A DNA stretch of 64,000 bases from a virus (IMGVR_UViG_3300037789_000070:202576-266575), one strand, 5' to 3'; counted from the stretch's first letter, positions 18,609 through 29,005 are shown. The notes: generated by a model not told the origin, from the sequence alone. Numbers and translations are program-made.

Positions 18609-20234
18609 TTACAAATTCATCTCGAACAACAGATGCCCGGCATCATAAATTCTGTTGAAACCTAAAGCAGATGTTATCTGTTTCTCAGTCAAAGAGGGGT
18701 CACCATTATATTCCCTAACAAGAACATCTTTTCTCAATTCAAATCTATGGATTCTTTTCCCACCAACTACATACCAGTAACCCGGCTTACTTTCGTGGGT
18801 GAAATTAAACCCCAGTGAGTGATATAAATCACCGGCACTCCAACGTTTATCAGCATAGCTGTATAGGTGCTTGGGTCTTATGTTTTGGATAAAATACTTG
18901 AGCAACTTAGATGCACCGCCCATGACGTTTTGAGAAGTGCAATATCTAGAGAGTTCCCACGAACCTTCTTTCACTTTTCTGCCTTTAGCTCTATTAGGCT
19001 GTGCAAAAGTCATTAAAGCGACTAACACATCATCTCGGTCTCTCAAACCAATTCTGTGTTTACATCTGGCATATCCTTGAATATGATTAGTCTCACAAAA
19101 TTTTCTTGCTTCTTTAGAAGAAATGCAGGGGTCTATGACACATTTTCTAGCGCCAATCTTTTTAGACACATTAACACCAAGTAAATTTCTTAACTTACTT
19201 TCAACAATTTCTCTTTTATACAACCACTCGTCTTCAAATATCGTTATCAGTCTGATGTCGCTCTCATCACAGTCAATATGTTTTCTCTTAGTCCTGTTCT
19301 TATCTTCTATAACCGCATCACTATGCCAATAAAGACCGTTGAATTCTACAGCCAGTTGCTTTTCAGGAATGTAAATGTCTAGTTCTTTAGGCGGAATAAC
19401 ATGTCTGACATTATTTTCTACACTAATATCCAAGGAAGTAATAAACTCTGAAATTTCCTTTTCAGGCTTGGAAGTTTTTTCATAATCAGGATTTCGTTCG
19501 CAATATCTACAATATGATAGACTATCGTTCTCTACCCATTTTGAATCGGTGTAGAATTGAGAAGTTCTAGTTAATTCCAAACTACATGATTTACACTTGA
19601 TAGCATACAATTTACGACCCACCACATCCATAAACTCCATTCCATCTTTTACAATTCTTTCTTTATGGTGGGCAATACTATTGTCAATTTTCGACCTGTT
19701 ACTCTCTTTCGATCTCAGGGATAGTTTCTTCTTGGTTTCAGAAGAATGCTTTTTCCCACTCATGGGGCTAATTCTTCCTATATTCATTTCAGATATTTTT
19801 TTCTTGGTTTCTTCTGAAAGTGTTTTCCCCATCATTGATTTAGATATCTTTTGTTTTACCTCATCGGTCATGACAGGTATTTTACGTTCTATAATTCCCG
19901 TTTCATATAAAGCTTCGCGTGTCTTAACCGCCTCTCTGGTAATTTCCAGATACCTACCAGACATCTTTTTGCCCTTGTTCCAAGGAATATTCCCTATCTT
20001 GTTGTTGGAAATTTGCTTCTTACTCCCTTCGGAATGTCGCTTTCCACTCATAGGATTACTAGAACCAAGACTTTCAATACTCCTATTCAATGAATAGAAC
20101 GGAGAAATATGAGATTTGTTACCAAACGAGATTTGGTAATCCTTTATACTCATCTCATGTTTTTTAAGATGAGTGTTGGTAATCTGCTTAGAAAAGACAG
20201 ACCCACAAATCTTACATATGACGCCATTAAACAT
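18609..20234 (-). mobile_element. free-standing homing endonuclease-like gene (Zn finger, NUMOD3-like repeats, PD-(D/E)XK nuclease, Hef-like C-terminal domain)
   Basis: CKICG...HLKKH; repeated GKKHSEETKKKIS; SKPEKE...ELDIYIPEKQLAVEFNGLYWH; WELSRYC...GGASKL...YADKRWS; inserted between sheath and tube. Confidence 0.8.
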
Positions 20235-20262
20235 AGACGTATTATAGTTCTCTTCAAAGAAT

Positions 20263-20298
20263 AAAAAAAGAGCGATAAGATGAATTATCGCTCTTTTT
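20263..20298. terminator. bidirectional intrinsic terminator after the sheath gene
   Basis: AAAAAGAGCGATAA / TTATCGCTCTTTTT inverted repeat. Confidence 0.8.
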
Positions 20299-20326
20299 GT
20301 TTTTGTATATTGGAAAATTCAATTAA

Positions 20327-22696
20327 TTAAAAATCGAATTCATCCGCTGTATTATAAATTTTAATAGGAACGTAAATAAATTCCACGGCTTTAATCGGCC
20401 TAATCGCCACATCAACCCACAATTCATTACGATCTATTCTTGCACTAGTGTTGTTGTTTCCATCGCACCTTACAGCGCCATCATAAATGGCTCTCAAGGA
20501 TTTGAGACCAGCAAGATACCTTTCAACAATGTTTCTTGCAGATGCCCAAGTGATCGGATCAGCAGGCTCACCAATGAAACCAGTCAAACTACTATTGAGA
20601 TCGTATCTCATCTTTGCAATAAGACGGGCCACATTAATTCTGTCTAGTGCGGAGGTTGTTCCGTAAGAAGTCTTCTGACCCCAAACTCTCAATCCCTTAT
20701 TGTAGAAGAAAGCAATTGGGTTCACATTGTTATCATACACAACGTCTCTTTGTCCCGGCGTTAGGTTCAATACAGAATATTCGCCAGCATCAGTTAGATA
20801 ACCCACAGAAGCAGCATTTGTTACAATACCTCTACGGTCACCCATTGGAGCAAACCAAGCCTTAGCAACACTGTCGTTATACGCCAAGGTTCTCAAAGCC
20901 ACAGTTGATGAAGGAACCATCACGTTCGTTCCATCTACGTTGGTTGAAAGTGCCCAAGGATACCAATGTGCAGCATAAGGATAACCGGAAGATGTAAAGC
21001 CATCTTCACCAGTTGCAGCAGCAGCCTTAGCATTAGCCTTCCACTGGGTGATGGTGACTTCCTTGCCAACAGGAACTCCACTTGGAATCATTCTAGAAGG
21101 AACATCAGCAATACCAAATGCAACTTCCTTAATATCCGTGTTGAGAGTTACAATTTCATCATAAAGCTCTGGATATCCCGGAGCAGCAATCAACTGATAG
21201 TAGTATGCATCTGATCTAGCATCTTGGTTGTTCACCATGACCGCCTGTAGAGCGGTAACAACAGCTTCACGCTGAGCACGTCTACCAAATGTTGCACCTA
21301 CCATTGGCTTCCAGCGCCTATGAGTTGAAGCACTGAAAGTTTCAAGATCATCTCCATCTCCATTAACAACTGGGGGTTCATAAGTAGAATCCCAAACCTT
21401 CACAGTATTTTTTGTTGCCGGGTCAGCTAGATTAATCCAGTATGTTCCATCGTCAACTGTGGAAGCTGCGGTGTATGTTGAAGAAATAACAACACTGTCC
21501 GTAATATCTTCCCAAGAAGAACCGGTATATCTCTTGATTACTGGAAAGGTATCAAGATTGACACCAGAAACATCAACCCAAATAGCTCCAGTTGCAGGAG
21601 AAGATGGGGCAGATGCTGAGATGTATTTTTCTCTATTAGTTGGATCAGCATCAGTAGTGGTTTCAACTTCTTCCCAAGCATTAGATGCTTCAATATACAT
21701 CTTAAAGTCTAGAGTATCATCGAACCACAAATCACCATCGGAAGGATCAGTTGTTGGGGCATCATCCTGAACAACTGCAGTTAATGCTCCAAAACTGCCA
21801 GAAGTGGCTACCTTAAGAGGACGAGTACCGTTGGTGTTGAAGTTTGTCGTATCTTCCCAAACAGTGCCATCTGTAGTTGTGGTTGGTGTCGAAGAAGATC
21901 TAATAGGAGTGACATCAACCCATGTATCATCAGAAGCTCTATACTTCTTAAGCTTTAAATCAAAACCACCATTAGCAGAAGATGTTTTGAGCCAATAATC
22001 ATTAGCACCTGCACCGGTTGGCGCAGTAGCACTCTGCCAGAGTTTATTATTGGTTGAGTTTCTTCCATCAATGTCGGTGGTTGTTAAATTAGCGGTACCA
22101 AGGGCATTCCAACTATCATCATCAGCACGAACCTTGAGAGTTCCATTGGTGTCAGAATAATCGAATGCCCAATCGCCGTCCGCTCCCAAACCTGAATCTG
22201 GTGCAGTAGTTACAAAATGAACAGTGACTGCTTCCCACGCAGTGTTGGCCGCATTACGACGATAAATCCCACCAACAGAAGAATCTTTATCAATCCAATA
22301 TGTCCCATCTGCCGGAGGCGAAAGCGGTTCACTCGTAGTAGCGATAAGACCGCCTAAATCAATGTCAGCCCTGATGCAATATGCCCTACTATAACGACCC
22401 ATAAAGCTCCATAGAGCATGAAGGCCGTATTCGTTGGTCTCATGACCATGAACTTGTTCTCCGCCAGAGGTGACAAATACGGGGTCACCGTAAAGCTGAA
22501 GAACGTCTCTTTGTGAGGTAACCAACCGCAATTTATTAGATTCGGAGGTTCCAAGGGCAGTACCAGTACCATCTGGCTTTGCCTTATTTTTTCTTGTCGC
22601 AAAAACGACTAATGGCGTTGTGGTCGGGGAAACATCCTGATAAAGGCTTTGATCTTCAACCGTTACGGATACTCCCGGCGAGCTTAGAGTTGTCAT
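20327..22696 (-). CDS. gp18: tail sheath protein
   Basis: LSSPGVSV N-terminus, WFAPMGDRRG, VWGQKT, LDRINVARL, IRPIKAVEFIYVP. Confidence 0.96.
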   Translation of the reverse strand: MTTLSSPGVSVTVEDQSLYQDVSPTTTPLVVFATRKNKAKPDGTGTALGTSESNKLRLVTSQRDVLQLYGDPVFVTSGGEQVHGHETNEYGLHALWSFMGRYSRAYCIRADIDLGGLIATTSEPLSPPADGTYWIDKDSSVGGIYRRNAANTAWEAVTVHFVTTAPDSGLGADGDWAFDYSDTNGTLKVRADDDSWNALGTANLTTTDIDGRNSTNNKLWQSATAPTGAGANDYWLKTSSANGGFDLKLKKYRASDDTWVDVTPIRSSSTPTTTTDGTVWEDTTNFNTNGTRPLKVATSGSFGALTAVVQDDAPTTDPSDGDLWFDDTLDFKMYIEASNAWEEVETTTDADPTNREKYISASAPSSPATGAIWVDVSGVNLDTFPVIKRYTGSSWEDITDSVVISSTYTAASTVDDGTYWINLADPATKNTVKVWDSTYEPPVVNGDGDDLETFSASTHRRWKPMVGATFGRRAQREAVVTALQAVMVNNQDARSDAYYYQLIAAPGYPELYDEIVTLNTDIKEVAFGIADVPSRMIPSGVPVGKEVTITQWKANAKAAAATGEDGFTSSGYPYAAHWYPWALSTNVDGTNVMVPSSTVALRTLAYNDSVAKAWFAPMGDRRGIVTNAASVGYLTDAGEYSVLNLTPGQRDVVYDNNVNPIAFFYNKGLRVWGQKTSYGTTSALDRINVARLIAKMRYDLNSSLTGFIGEPADPITWASARNIVERYLAGLKSLRAIYDGAVRCDGNNNTSARIDRNELWVDVAIRPIKAVEFIYVPIKIYNTADEFDF

Positions 22697-22727
22697 GTTA
22701 TATGCTCTCTCCTATTATTCCTTCTAA

Positions 22728-22733
22728 TATTTA
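22728..22733 (-). promoter_or_regulatory. late promoter TAAATA for the sheath gene
   Basis: consensus core upstream of GGAGAG SD. Confidence 0.65.
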
Positions 22734-22777
22734 AGGGAGAAGGCAAAACATTGGGTCCTTATAGTATTTTTATTAAA

Positions 22778-24361
22778 TCACCTATTTTCATTTGCTAATC
22801 TCTTCACTGTTTTTGATGGGTTTTTGATATATTGAAGTGCGTGACCATTTTGTTTTACAGCTATTTTTTGTAGTTCTTCTGATGGATTTTCGATAAATTT
22901 AATTGCATAGCCATTTTCTTGAACAGCTATTTTTTGTAGTTCTTCTGATGGATTTTCGATATATTGAATTACATAGCCATTTTGTTGTACAGCTAATCTC
23001 TTTACTTTTTCCGATGGATTTTTGATATGACTAATTGCATAACCAGTTTGTTTGACAGCTAACCTCTGCACTGCTTCCGATGGGTCTTTAATGAATTGAA
23101 TTGCACCGCCATCTTGCTGTACGGCTAATTTTTGTACTACTTTCGATGGATTATCGATGTGCAAAATTGCATAACCATTTTTTCGAACAGCTAGTTTCTT
23201 CACTTCTTCGGACGGGTCTTCGATATATTGAATTACATGAGGATTTTCTTTAACAGCTAATCTTTGTAATTCTTCTGATGGGTCTTTGATATAATAAATT
23301 GCTTTACTGTTTTGTTGTACAGTTAATCTTTGTAATTCTTCTGATGGGTCTTTGATATATTGAATTGCAAAACCACTTTGTTGTACAGCTAATCTTTTCA
23401 CTGCTTCGGACGGGTCTTTGATATATTCAATTGCCTCTCCATTTTGTCGTACAGCTAATCTTTGTAGTTCTTCTGATGGACCTTTGATATAATGAATCGC
23501 ACGGCCATTTTCTTGTACAACTAATCTTTTCACTGCTTCTGATGGATTTTCAATGTGCTCAATTACGTAAACACTTCGTTGTATAGCTAACCTCTGCACT
23601 GCTTCCGATGGGTTTTTGATAAATTTGATTGCATAGCCATTTTGTCGAACAACTAATTTTTGCTGTTGTTCTGAAAACACAATAGCTTTATCAAATACCC
23701 ACGGATAAGTTGATTTGAATTCACTAATATCGACTGTTTCGTCTTTCTCATCCATCAATGATATTGTTTCAAAATGAAACTGAAACTTTCGGCCATCAGA
23801 TGAAAGAATGACATAAAGAGGTCCTTCATCATTATATTCATCGAAGTAGTTACGGCCTTTAGTTGTAGCAGTACACCAGCGAGTGCCTTTGCCCAAGAAG
23901 CAACTAGCTTCTTTGGTCTTTGGAATTAATACCTTGCCTTCCGATCCTTCATAGACAACTTCAATTTCTTTGTATATTTTCTCTTTCTCAGATGTCTTGA
24001 CCTGTTTACCAGTAGATTGAGATTCCAGTTTTTCTTTGAGAGATTCAAGTTCATCAAATGACTTGACTTGATTAATATCTCTCTTATCAACTGGAAGAAG
24101 GTGCTTTTTCTGAGATATTACTTCTAATGCAACCGCTGCTCTTGAGAAGTCTTCGGCTTTCTTGATATCACCTGTTAGATAGTGGTCTAATATCCATCTC
24201 ACATACGGATACTTTTGCTGTTGTGTAGATAGTACATTGATCAGACCGGAAATCACATTTTCAGCACTTCCTTCTCTTGGCTGACGTGCTTCTAGTTTGT
24301 CTTTATAAGAAGATAGAGTTTTTCCAAAATCGATGGCTTCAAACAGATCAATCAGTTTCAT
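22778..24361 (-). CDS. putative head-packaged protein: WCT-motif (PcfJ-related) domain plus 13 x 22-aa helical repeats (DUF4116-like)
   Basis: MKLIDLFEA N-terminus; EASCFLGKGTRWCT...GPLYVI...KFQFHFE; repeat consensus VQQNGYAIQYIKNPSEEVQRLA. Confidence 0.75.
   Translation of the reverse strand: MKLIDLFEAIDFGKTLSSYKDKLEARQPREGSAENVISGLINVLSTQQQKYPYVRWILDHYLTGDIKKAEDFSRAAVALEVISQKKHLLPVDKRDINQVKSFDELESLKEKLESQSTGKQVKTSEKEKIYKEIEVVYEGSEGKVLIPKTKEASCFLGKGTRWCTATTKGRNYFDEYNDEGPLYVILSSDGRKFQFHFETISLMDEKDETVDISEFKSTYPWVFDKAIVFSEQQQKLVVRQNGYAIKFIKNPSEAVQRLAIQRSVYVIEHIENPSEAVKRLVVQENGRAIHYIKGPSEELQRLAVRQNGEAIEYIKDPSEAVKRLAVQQSGFAIQYIKDPSEELQRLTVQQNSKAIYYIKDPSEELQRLAVKENPHVIQYIEDPSEEVKKLAVRKNGYAILHIDNPSKVVQKLAVQQDGGAIQFIKDPSEAVQRLAVKQTGYAISHIKNPSEKVKRLAVQQNGYVIQYIENPSEELQKIAVQENGYAIKFIENPSEELQKIAVKQNGHALQYIKNPSKTVKRLANENR
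22793..23650 (-). repeat. coding tandem repeat, 66-bp unit, 13 copies
   Basis: e.g. TTTTTGTAGTTCTTCTGATGGATTTTCGAT recurs at 66-bp spacing near 22866 and 22932. Confidence 0.9.
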
Positions 24362-24374
24362 TGGTTATTAATCT

Positions 24375-25169
24375 TCAGTCATCATCAGCAGTAATAACGA
24401 AATTTTCTAAATTTTCCATTGTATCAAAATCTCGTTCTTCATTCAAATCAAGAATATTAACATGTACAGACTCGATCAATTTAGCTTCTCCCACCTTCGC
24501 GGGAGCACTTAAATGAACAATTGCAGAAAATGTCATGTCAATTACATAGTAGTCATCTTCTCCACTGCCCCCTCCTAAGTCAGCGCCTACTCTTTTTTTC
24601 CTAAACTCGCCATCAAATTCTAATGTCGTTAGGAAAAACCAATCTAATGGACTATTCGATAGCTCAATATCCATACCAGAATTAAAAACAGTTCCTATTT
24701 GTTCAATGAGTTGCATAGAAGTATCTTCATTCGAACACCAGATGGAAACCCCTACTACCAATTCATATGGAACCGCCATATGTCTTTCAACCATCATCAA
24801 TTTATATTGGTCTTTGGACAATTCTTCATTGTTATTATTTTGAACCCTTTGCCTAACATAAATCTTTTCTTGATGTTGAGGTTCGCGTCGATATTCATCC
24901 GACTGTCTAAGTCCTTCCATATCTACGCTTATGAAAGGAAGTGGCAATGCTGTATTTTCATTGCCACCAGAAAGATGGTATCCTACAACCCTAGAATATG
25001 AACCGTATATAACAGGAACATTCATATATCTATGTTCACCATCTCTTTGCTTACCAGTTCTAACCTGCATACCGGCGAAATTAGCCATAATCTGCAAGAG
25101 ATATCTCTTAATCTGAGCGTCATAAAAATATGGTTTTCTTTTTATCTTTAGGGGAATTAAATCAGCCAT
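24375..25169 (-). CDS. gp15: tail completion / sheath stabiliser (gp15-like)
   Basis: YFYDAQIKRY, VPVIYG, PLPFIS, VPYEL, QLIEQI. Confidence 0.85.
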   Translation of the reverse strand: MADLIPLKIKRKPYFYDAQIKRYLLQIMANFAGMQVRTGKQRDGEHRYMNVPVIYGSYSRVVGYHLSGGNENTALPLPFISVDMEGLRQSDEYRREPQHQEKIYVRQRVQNNNNEELSKDQYKLMMVERHMAVPYELVVGVSIWCSNEDTSMQLIEQIGTVFNSGMDIELSNSPLDWFFLTTLEFDGEFRKKRVGADLGGGSGEDDYYVIDMTFSAIVHLSAPAKVGEAKLIESVHVNILDLNEERDFDTMENLENFVITADDD

Positions 25170-25632
25170 TCCATCTCCAACCAGTTGAAGTTCCTTTTAT
25201 TAGACCGAGGTCGCTTTTAGGATTATAAAAAATTCCATAAATTCCAGTTTTTAAAGCGTGTTCTCGAACAAAATTAGTCTTGAACGGAACTCCGTAATAG
25301 AAACATTCATGTTGGTCTCCCCAAGTTGGGTCAACAACATCACCAGTATCTACGTCCAGACACCATGCATGATGAACCGGAATAATATTCAAAGCCCATC
25401 CTTCACAGTAAATTTTCGTAGGATCATCCATTGCCAACCCGAATGAATTAGCAAAGCACTGCTTCATCTTGCCATATTTCAAATCTTCTGGTGCTTCTGA
25501 CCCTCTACCAAAATCAGTCCCATTTTCAAGAACAAAATGTTCATAAGAACAGTATTTAAATTCTTCGGTCTGATTGAAAGATTTTTGTTGAACATTTATC
25601 ATCATTTCAAGATATTCTTTGATACTATTCAT
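25162..25632 (-). CDS. transglutaminase/papain-like fold protein
   Basis: QCFAN ... YCEGWA...PVHHAW ... VVDPTW gives a plausible Cys-His-Asp triad. Confidence 0.6.
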   Translation of the reverse strand: MNSIKEYLEMMINVQQKSFNQTEEFKYCSYEHFVLENGTDFGRGSEAPEDLKYGKMKQCFANSFGLAMDDPTKIYCEGWALNIIPVHHAWCLDVDTGDVVDPTWGDQHECFYYGVPFKTNFVREHALKTGIYGIFYNPKSDLGLIKGTSTGWRWNG

Positions 25633-25638
25633 ATTATT

Positions 25639-27135
25639 TTACCACCTTTCAACAATTCTAAATTTAAACAATATTGGTTCGCCAGCCGTTGTTACGTATT
25701 GAAGTTTTCTCTTTGATCCAGAATGTGTCACCGAGAAGGTCAATCCTATATCATCATCAATTTGAGTATATTCATGACGGAAATCAGTATCGGTTCCTGT
25801 GTCTGAAATCATTATTTCGCCAAATTCATGTTCATCTTCCCTAACAGCTACGTACTGAATCAGAACATTTTCATAAGCTCCGCTATCTTCATTAAGTGAA
25901 GGATCAATGTCAAGCGGAGTTGACGTGTTGGCGGGGAGTGTAATACTAGTCGGTGATATTGTAGAAGGGGTTCCAGAACTTCCACCAGCCGCAGGCATTG
26001 AAGGATAATTGAACCAAGGCTTCCAACTACCAACCTCCGGAATACGATCCACTCCGCTCTTAGCTTTCGGACTAGGTTCGCTTCTATCATGACGGGGAGT
26101 ATAAAGATCATGAATAGAAACATATTCCCATGGCCTCATATCATCCTCAGCCGATCTATCAGTCATATGAGATCTCAATTTAGCAGTCCAGTTATACGTG
26201 TTCCACTCCCTCTTCCTATCAATTTCCTTGAGTAACCATTTTCCGGCCTGATATCTATAAAGACGATTTGGGTACATATCAATTCTAAGTACATAATCTC
26301 CCTCGGTGGGAGTTCCGGGAAATGATGATACTTTAGTAACCTCAATCCCATTAGGAGGCACCCCGTCATCAGTCCTCCGACTAACAGTGTCTAGGTCCGG
26401 GTCGATATAGATGGCTGTATTGTCATGCCAAGTTGTGTACGCCTGTTCAAAAGCAGCATCTTGAATTTCTGCGGTTACTTCTTCAAAAACATCTCGCTGT
26501 GAAATTCTATCTCTAACTGTTGACCCATCAGTAGTCTCTCTTTCCATTAAATCAATAAATTCTTGGGCGTCTCTTACCGGTGTCATGGTTAAAGCTAAAA
26601 CATGCCAATTATATGTGGCATCCCAACCACCCGGACTTTTAGTCAAGGAATCAACTTTGTAATATTTGTTCATGGGTCTGCCATCAAAACCAACATCTCT
26701 AAGATGCGGCATTTCAACAACATCACCGACCTTCATTCTTCGGCCACACAACCGTTCCATTTCTTCTTTATGAAATTCCATTTGAAGAACATCGTTTGAT
26801 AATTGAACACCAAACCTAGCAAAATCGAGTTCATTCTGACTGACAGTATAAGTGCCTTTTAATCTAACGGCATCATCTGCGTATTTTCTATCCCGATTTT
26901 CTAGAAAAACCTTATCTTGGATACCCAGACCATCTGCCCCTTCATCAATTTGTGTGGCAACTTCTCCTTTTTGGTCTTTTTGATCGAAAGTGCCCTCCAT
27001 GAGCCAGACATAAACCGCAACACCACCAATATCGATCTGTTCCTTGACAAGATCGGAAATCAAAGCAGCGTCCTTATCTCCATCAGGACCTTCATGATAC
27101 ATTGTTACTGGGTGGGTAGTTTCAAACTTTGGCAT
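25639..27135 (-). CDS. gp14: neck protein gp14-like with C-terminal extension
   Basis: IQDKVFLENRDRKY, DFARFG, VGDVVEMPHL; follows gp13. Confidence 0.85.
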   Translation of the reverse strand: MPKFETTHPVTMYHEGPDGDKDAALISDLVKEQIDIGGVAVYVWLMEGTFDQKDQKGEVATQIDEGADGLGIQDKVFLENRDRKYADDAVRLKGTYTVSQNELDFARFGVQLSNDVLQMEFHKEEMERLCGRRMKVGDVVEMPHLRDVGFDGRPMNKYYKVDSLTKSPGGWDATYNWHVLALTMTPVRDAQEFIDLMERETTDGSTVRDRISQRDVFEEVTAEIQDAAFEQAYTTWHDNTAIYIDPDLDTVSRRTDDGVPPNGIEVTKVSSFPGTPTEGDYVLRIDMYPNRLYRYQAGKWLLKEIDRKREWNTYNWTAKLRSHMTDRSAEDDMRPWEYVSIHDLYTPRHDRSEPSPKAKSGVDRIPEVGSWKPWFNYPSMPAAGGSSGTPSTISPTSITLPANTSTPLDIDPSLNEDSGAYENVLIQYVAVREDEHEFGEIMISDTGTDTDFRHEYTQIDDDIGLTFSVTHSGSKRKLQYVTTAGEPILFKFRIVERW

Positions 27136-27138
27136 TAA

Positions 27139-27891
27139 TTATCCTATGAATGGGAATAGTGGGTCACCACCATCAATATAATTCATCAGATCATCTTCTA
27201 ATTTTTCTTTCATATCATGACCTTCTTGAATTAAATCTCCACCTCTAAGAGTGGTACCAGCCTGAGCGCCGGGAATAACCGCATATTTCCCGTATTTCTC
27301 TCCGAGTATACTTCGGCAACATGCCTCTGTGTATTTTGCTAGCCATCTATATGCGTGGCTGTCAGCCAAAAGAGTTTTCTCATCTTTATAGGCGGAAACA
27401 TCTATAGCAACATCTTCTTCATCGCCTTTAGGTATTCGGTATAAAGTCAGTTCACTAGTTCCTTCGTTAAATTCACAAGGGATAAATTCACCGAACATTC
27501 TACCTAAAAGTTCTTGATACTGCATCAAGACTTCATAATTCACCAATGGCGTCATACCAGCCGTATTGAATGCAGCACCAAAGGTTTGTTGAATAAAAGC
27601 GGCACTAAATGGCTCAAATTGCTGACCCACGATAAGACCGGCCCGACTTCTACGGACACCCTTGACAGTATCCACATTTTCTGGAAGCTTATAAACTTGT
27701 TTTCCGGGTTCCAGTTTCATGAAGATATAACCCTGATTGACAGAGTTCTCAGAAAGTGCTCTATATGTACGAACCGCCTCCTCGAAGCTTTGGCGATATT
27801 CCTCATCTTCAAGGGGCACCTTAATACCAATGCCGCCCATGTTAATGAAAACTTTGCGAGCTAATTTATCGTAACTGTTATTATTATCCAT
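27139..27891 (-). CDS. gp13: neck protein gp13-like (start revised to MDNNNS)
   Basis: GGIGIKVPLE, FEPFS, WLAKYTEA, GEKYGKY...PG...TLRG. Confidence 0.88.
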   Translation of the reverse strand: MDNNNSYDKLARKVFINMGGIGIKVPLEDEEYRQSFEEAVRTYRALSENSVNQGYIFMKLEPGKQVYKLPENVDTVKGVRRSRAGLIVGQQFEPFSAAFIQQTFGAAFNTAGMTPLVNYEVLMQYQELLGRMFGEFIPCEFNEGTSELTLYRIPKGDEEDVAIDVSAYKDEKTLLADSHAYRWLAKYTEACCRSILGEKYGKYAVIPGAQAGTTLRGGDLIQEGHDMKEKLEDDLMNYIDGGDPLFPFIG

Positions 27892-27907
27892 GGAAAACCT
27901 CTTCATC

Positions 27908-27913
27908 TATTTA
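27908..27913 (-). promoter_or_regulatory. late promoter TAAATA for the neck genes
   Basis: consensus core 16 nt upstream of the gp13 ATG. Confidence 0.6.
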
Positions 27914-27925
27914 GGGAAAATCTTC

Positions 27926-28135
27926 ATGCCAGTTCTTTTATCTGACAAAGAAAAAGAAAGAATCAAAACTGGTAAAGTTTGGGTCCAAGTAGGTGAACGC
28001 GGAATTGGTGTTTATAATCCTGAACAGGATAAAATCCTACGCGTCAAAAAACTGTTGACTAAACTTGCAGAAGATGGCAAACTGATTGTAATTGGTGGAA
28101 TTTTAATAACAATATCATTACTCATCCTGTTATGA
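27926..28135 (+). CDS. small protein with C-terminal TM helix (start revised to MPVLLS)
   Basis: AGGG SD; ATGA overlap with next gene. Confidence 0.6.
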   Translation: MPVLLSDKEKERIKTGKVWVQVGERGIGVYNPEQDKILRVKKLLTKLAEDGKLIVIGGILITISLLILL

Positions 28136-28572
28136 GAGAGAAAGTAAAAAAAAATATGTCACACAAAGAAACTCTGTTTAATTCTAAGGAAATTAGAAAA
28201 ATAGTCTTTGAAGTTACGATTCCATTTCTAATGGCTATCGCTGTACTAGTTCCTTTAATCTTAAGTGAAGGACACTTTAAAGACGCCCTTTTGTTCTTTT
28301 CTACGAGCGCTAAATTTGTGTTTTTACCAATTTTAGGTCTCATGACAATATTTTTTATTGGTTGGTTCTTTCGGGTGACAGGGGTCATAGTTACCTCTAT
28401 GGTTGGGGAAATAGAAAAAGAAACCCCCAAGGACCTTTTAAAAGACAAACCCACATCAATTTGGATTGGCTTTTTTTCAATATTACTTTTCTCCCTTAGT
28501 TCATTAATTTTCGTCCTTATAGCATTTTTACTTGGTGCCCTTGGTTGGAAAGTTTTCACTCTTTTAGTATGA
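28132..28572 (+). CDS. membrane protein (about 4 TM)
   Basis: several long hydrophobic segments. Confidence 0.75.
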   Translation: MREKVKKNMSHKETLFNSKEIRKIVFEVTIPFLMAIAVLVPLILSEGHFKDALLFFSTSAKFVFLPILGLMTIFFIGWFFRVTGVIVTSMVGEIEKETPKDLLKDKPTSIWIGFFSILLFSLSSLIFVLIAFLLGALGWKVFTLLV

Positions 28573-28579
28573 GGATAAA

Positions 28580-29005
28580 ATGAAAAAGCATATGTTTGAC
28601 GAAGATGTCGTCAGAAAAACAATTTTAAATCGAATTGCCACAATCATTATTTGCATTGCATTGACATTCCCGCTAATGTTTTGGGATAAATCTACAATCA
28701 ATAATGTGTTAGTTGTTCCTGCAAACAATTCTATTGTATTTTTTATCTTGGGGGTAATGTTTGTTTTGGCAGGGAGTTTATTTTTTGAATCTGTAGGGGT
28801 TCTAATAATGAAGTTTTTTGATTGGAACCCTTACATATATGGATACAATACCGCTGCTATTCAGTCACATACCAAAGGCGATATTATTATTTCCTTTGGT
28901 GGCAGAGTCGCTGTTGGTGTAATAGTATGTGTAATTTTTCTTTTAATATTCGCTTTTAGTAGTAGTCTGGGACAAAAATTGTACAAAGTTTTTTTCACAG
29001 TTTAA
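28580..29005 (+). CDS. membrane protein (about 3 TM)
   Basis: GAGGA SD; hydrophobic segments. Confidence 0.75.
   Translation: MKKHMFDEDVVRKTILNRIATIIICIALTFPLMFWDKSTINNVLVVPANNSIVFFILGVMFVLAGSLFFESVGVLIMKFFDWNPYIYGYNTAAIQSHTKGDIIISFGGRVAVGVIVCVIFLLIFAFSSSLGQKLYKVFFTV

Noticed and set aside
22793-23650. CRISPR-like array
   Set aside because: The units are contiguous, degenerate, a multiple of 3 and in frame within a protein; there are no unique spacers.
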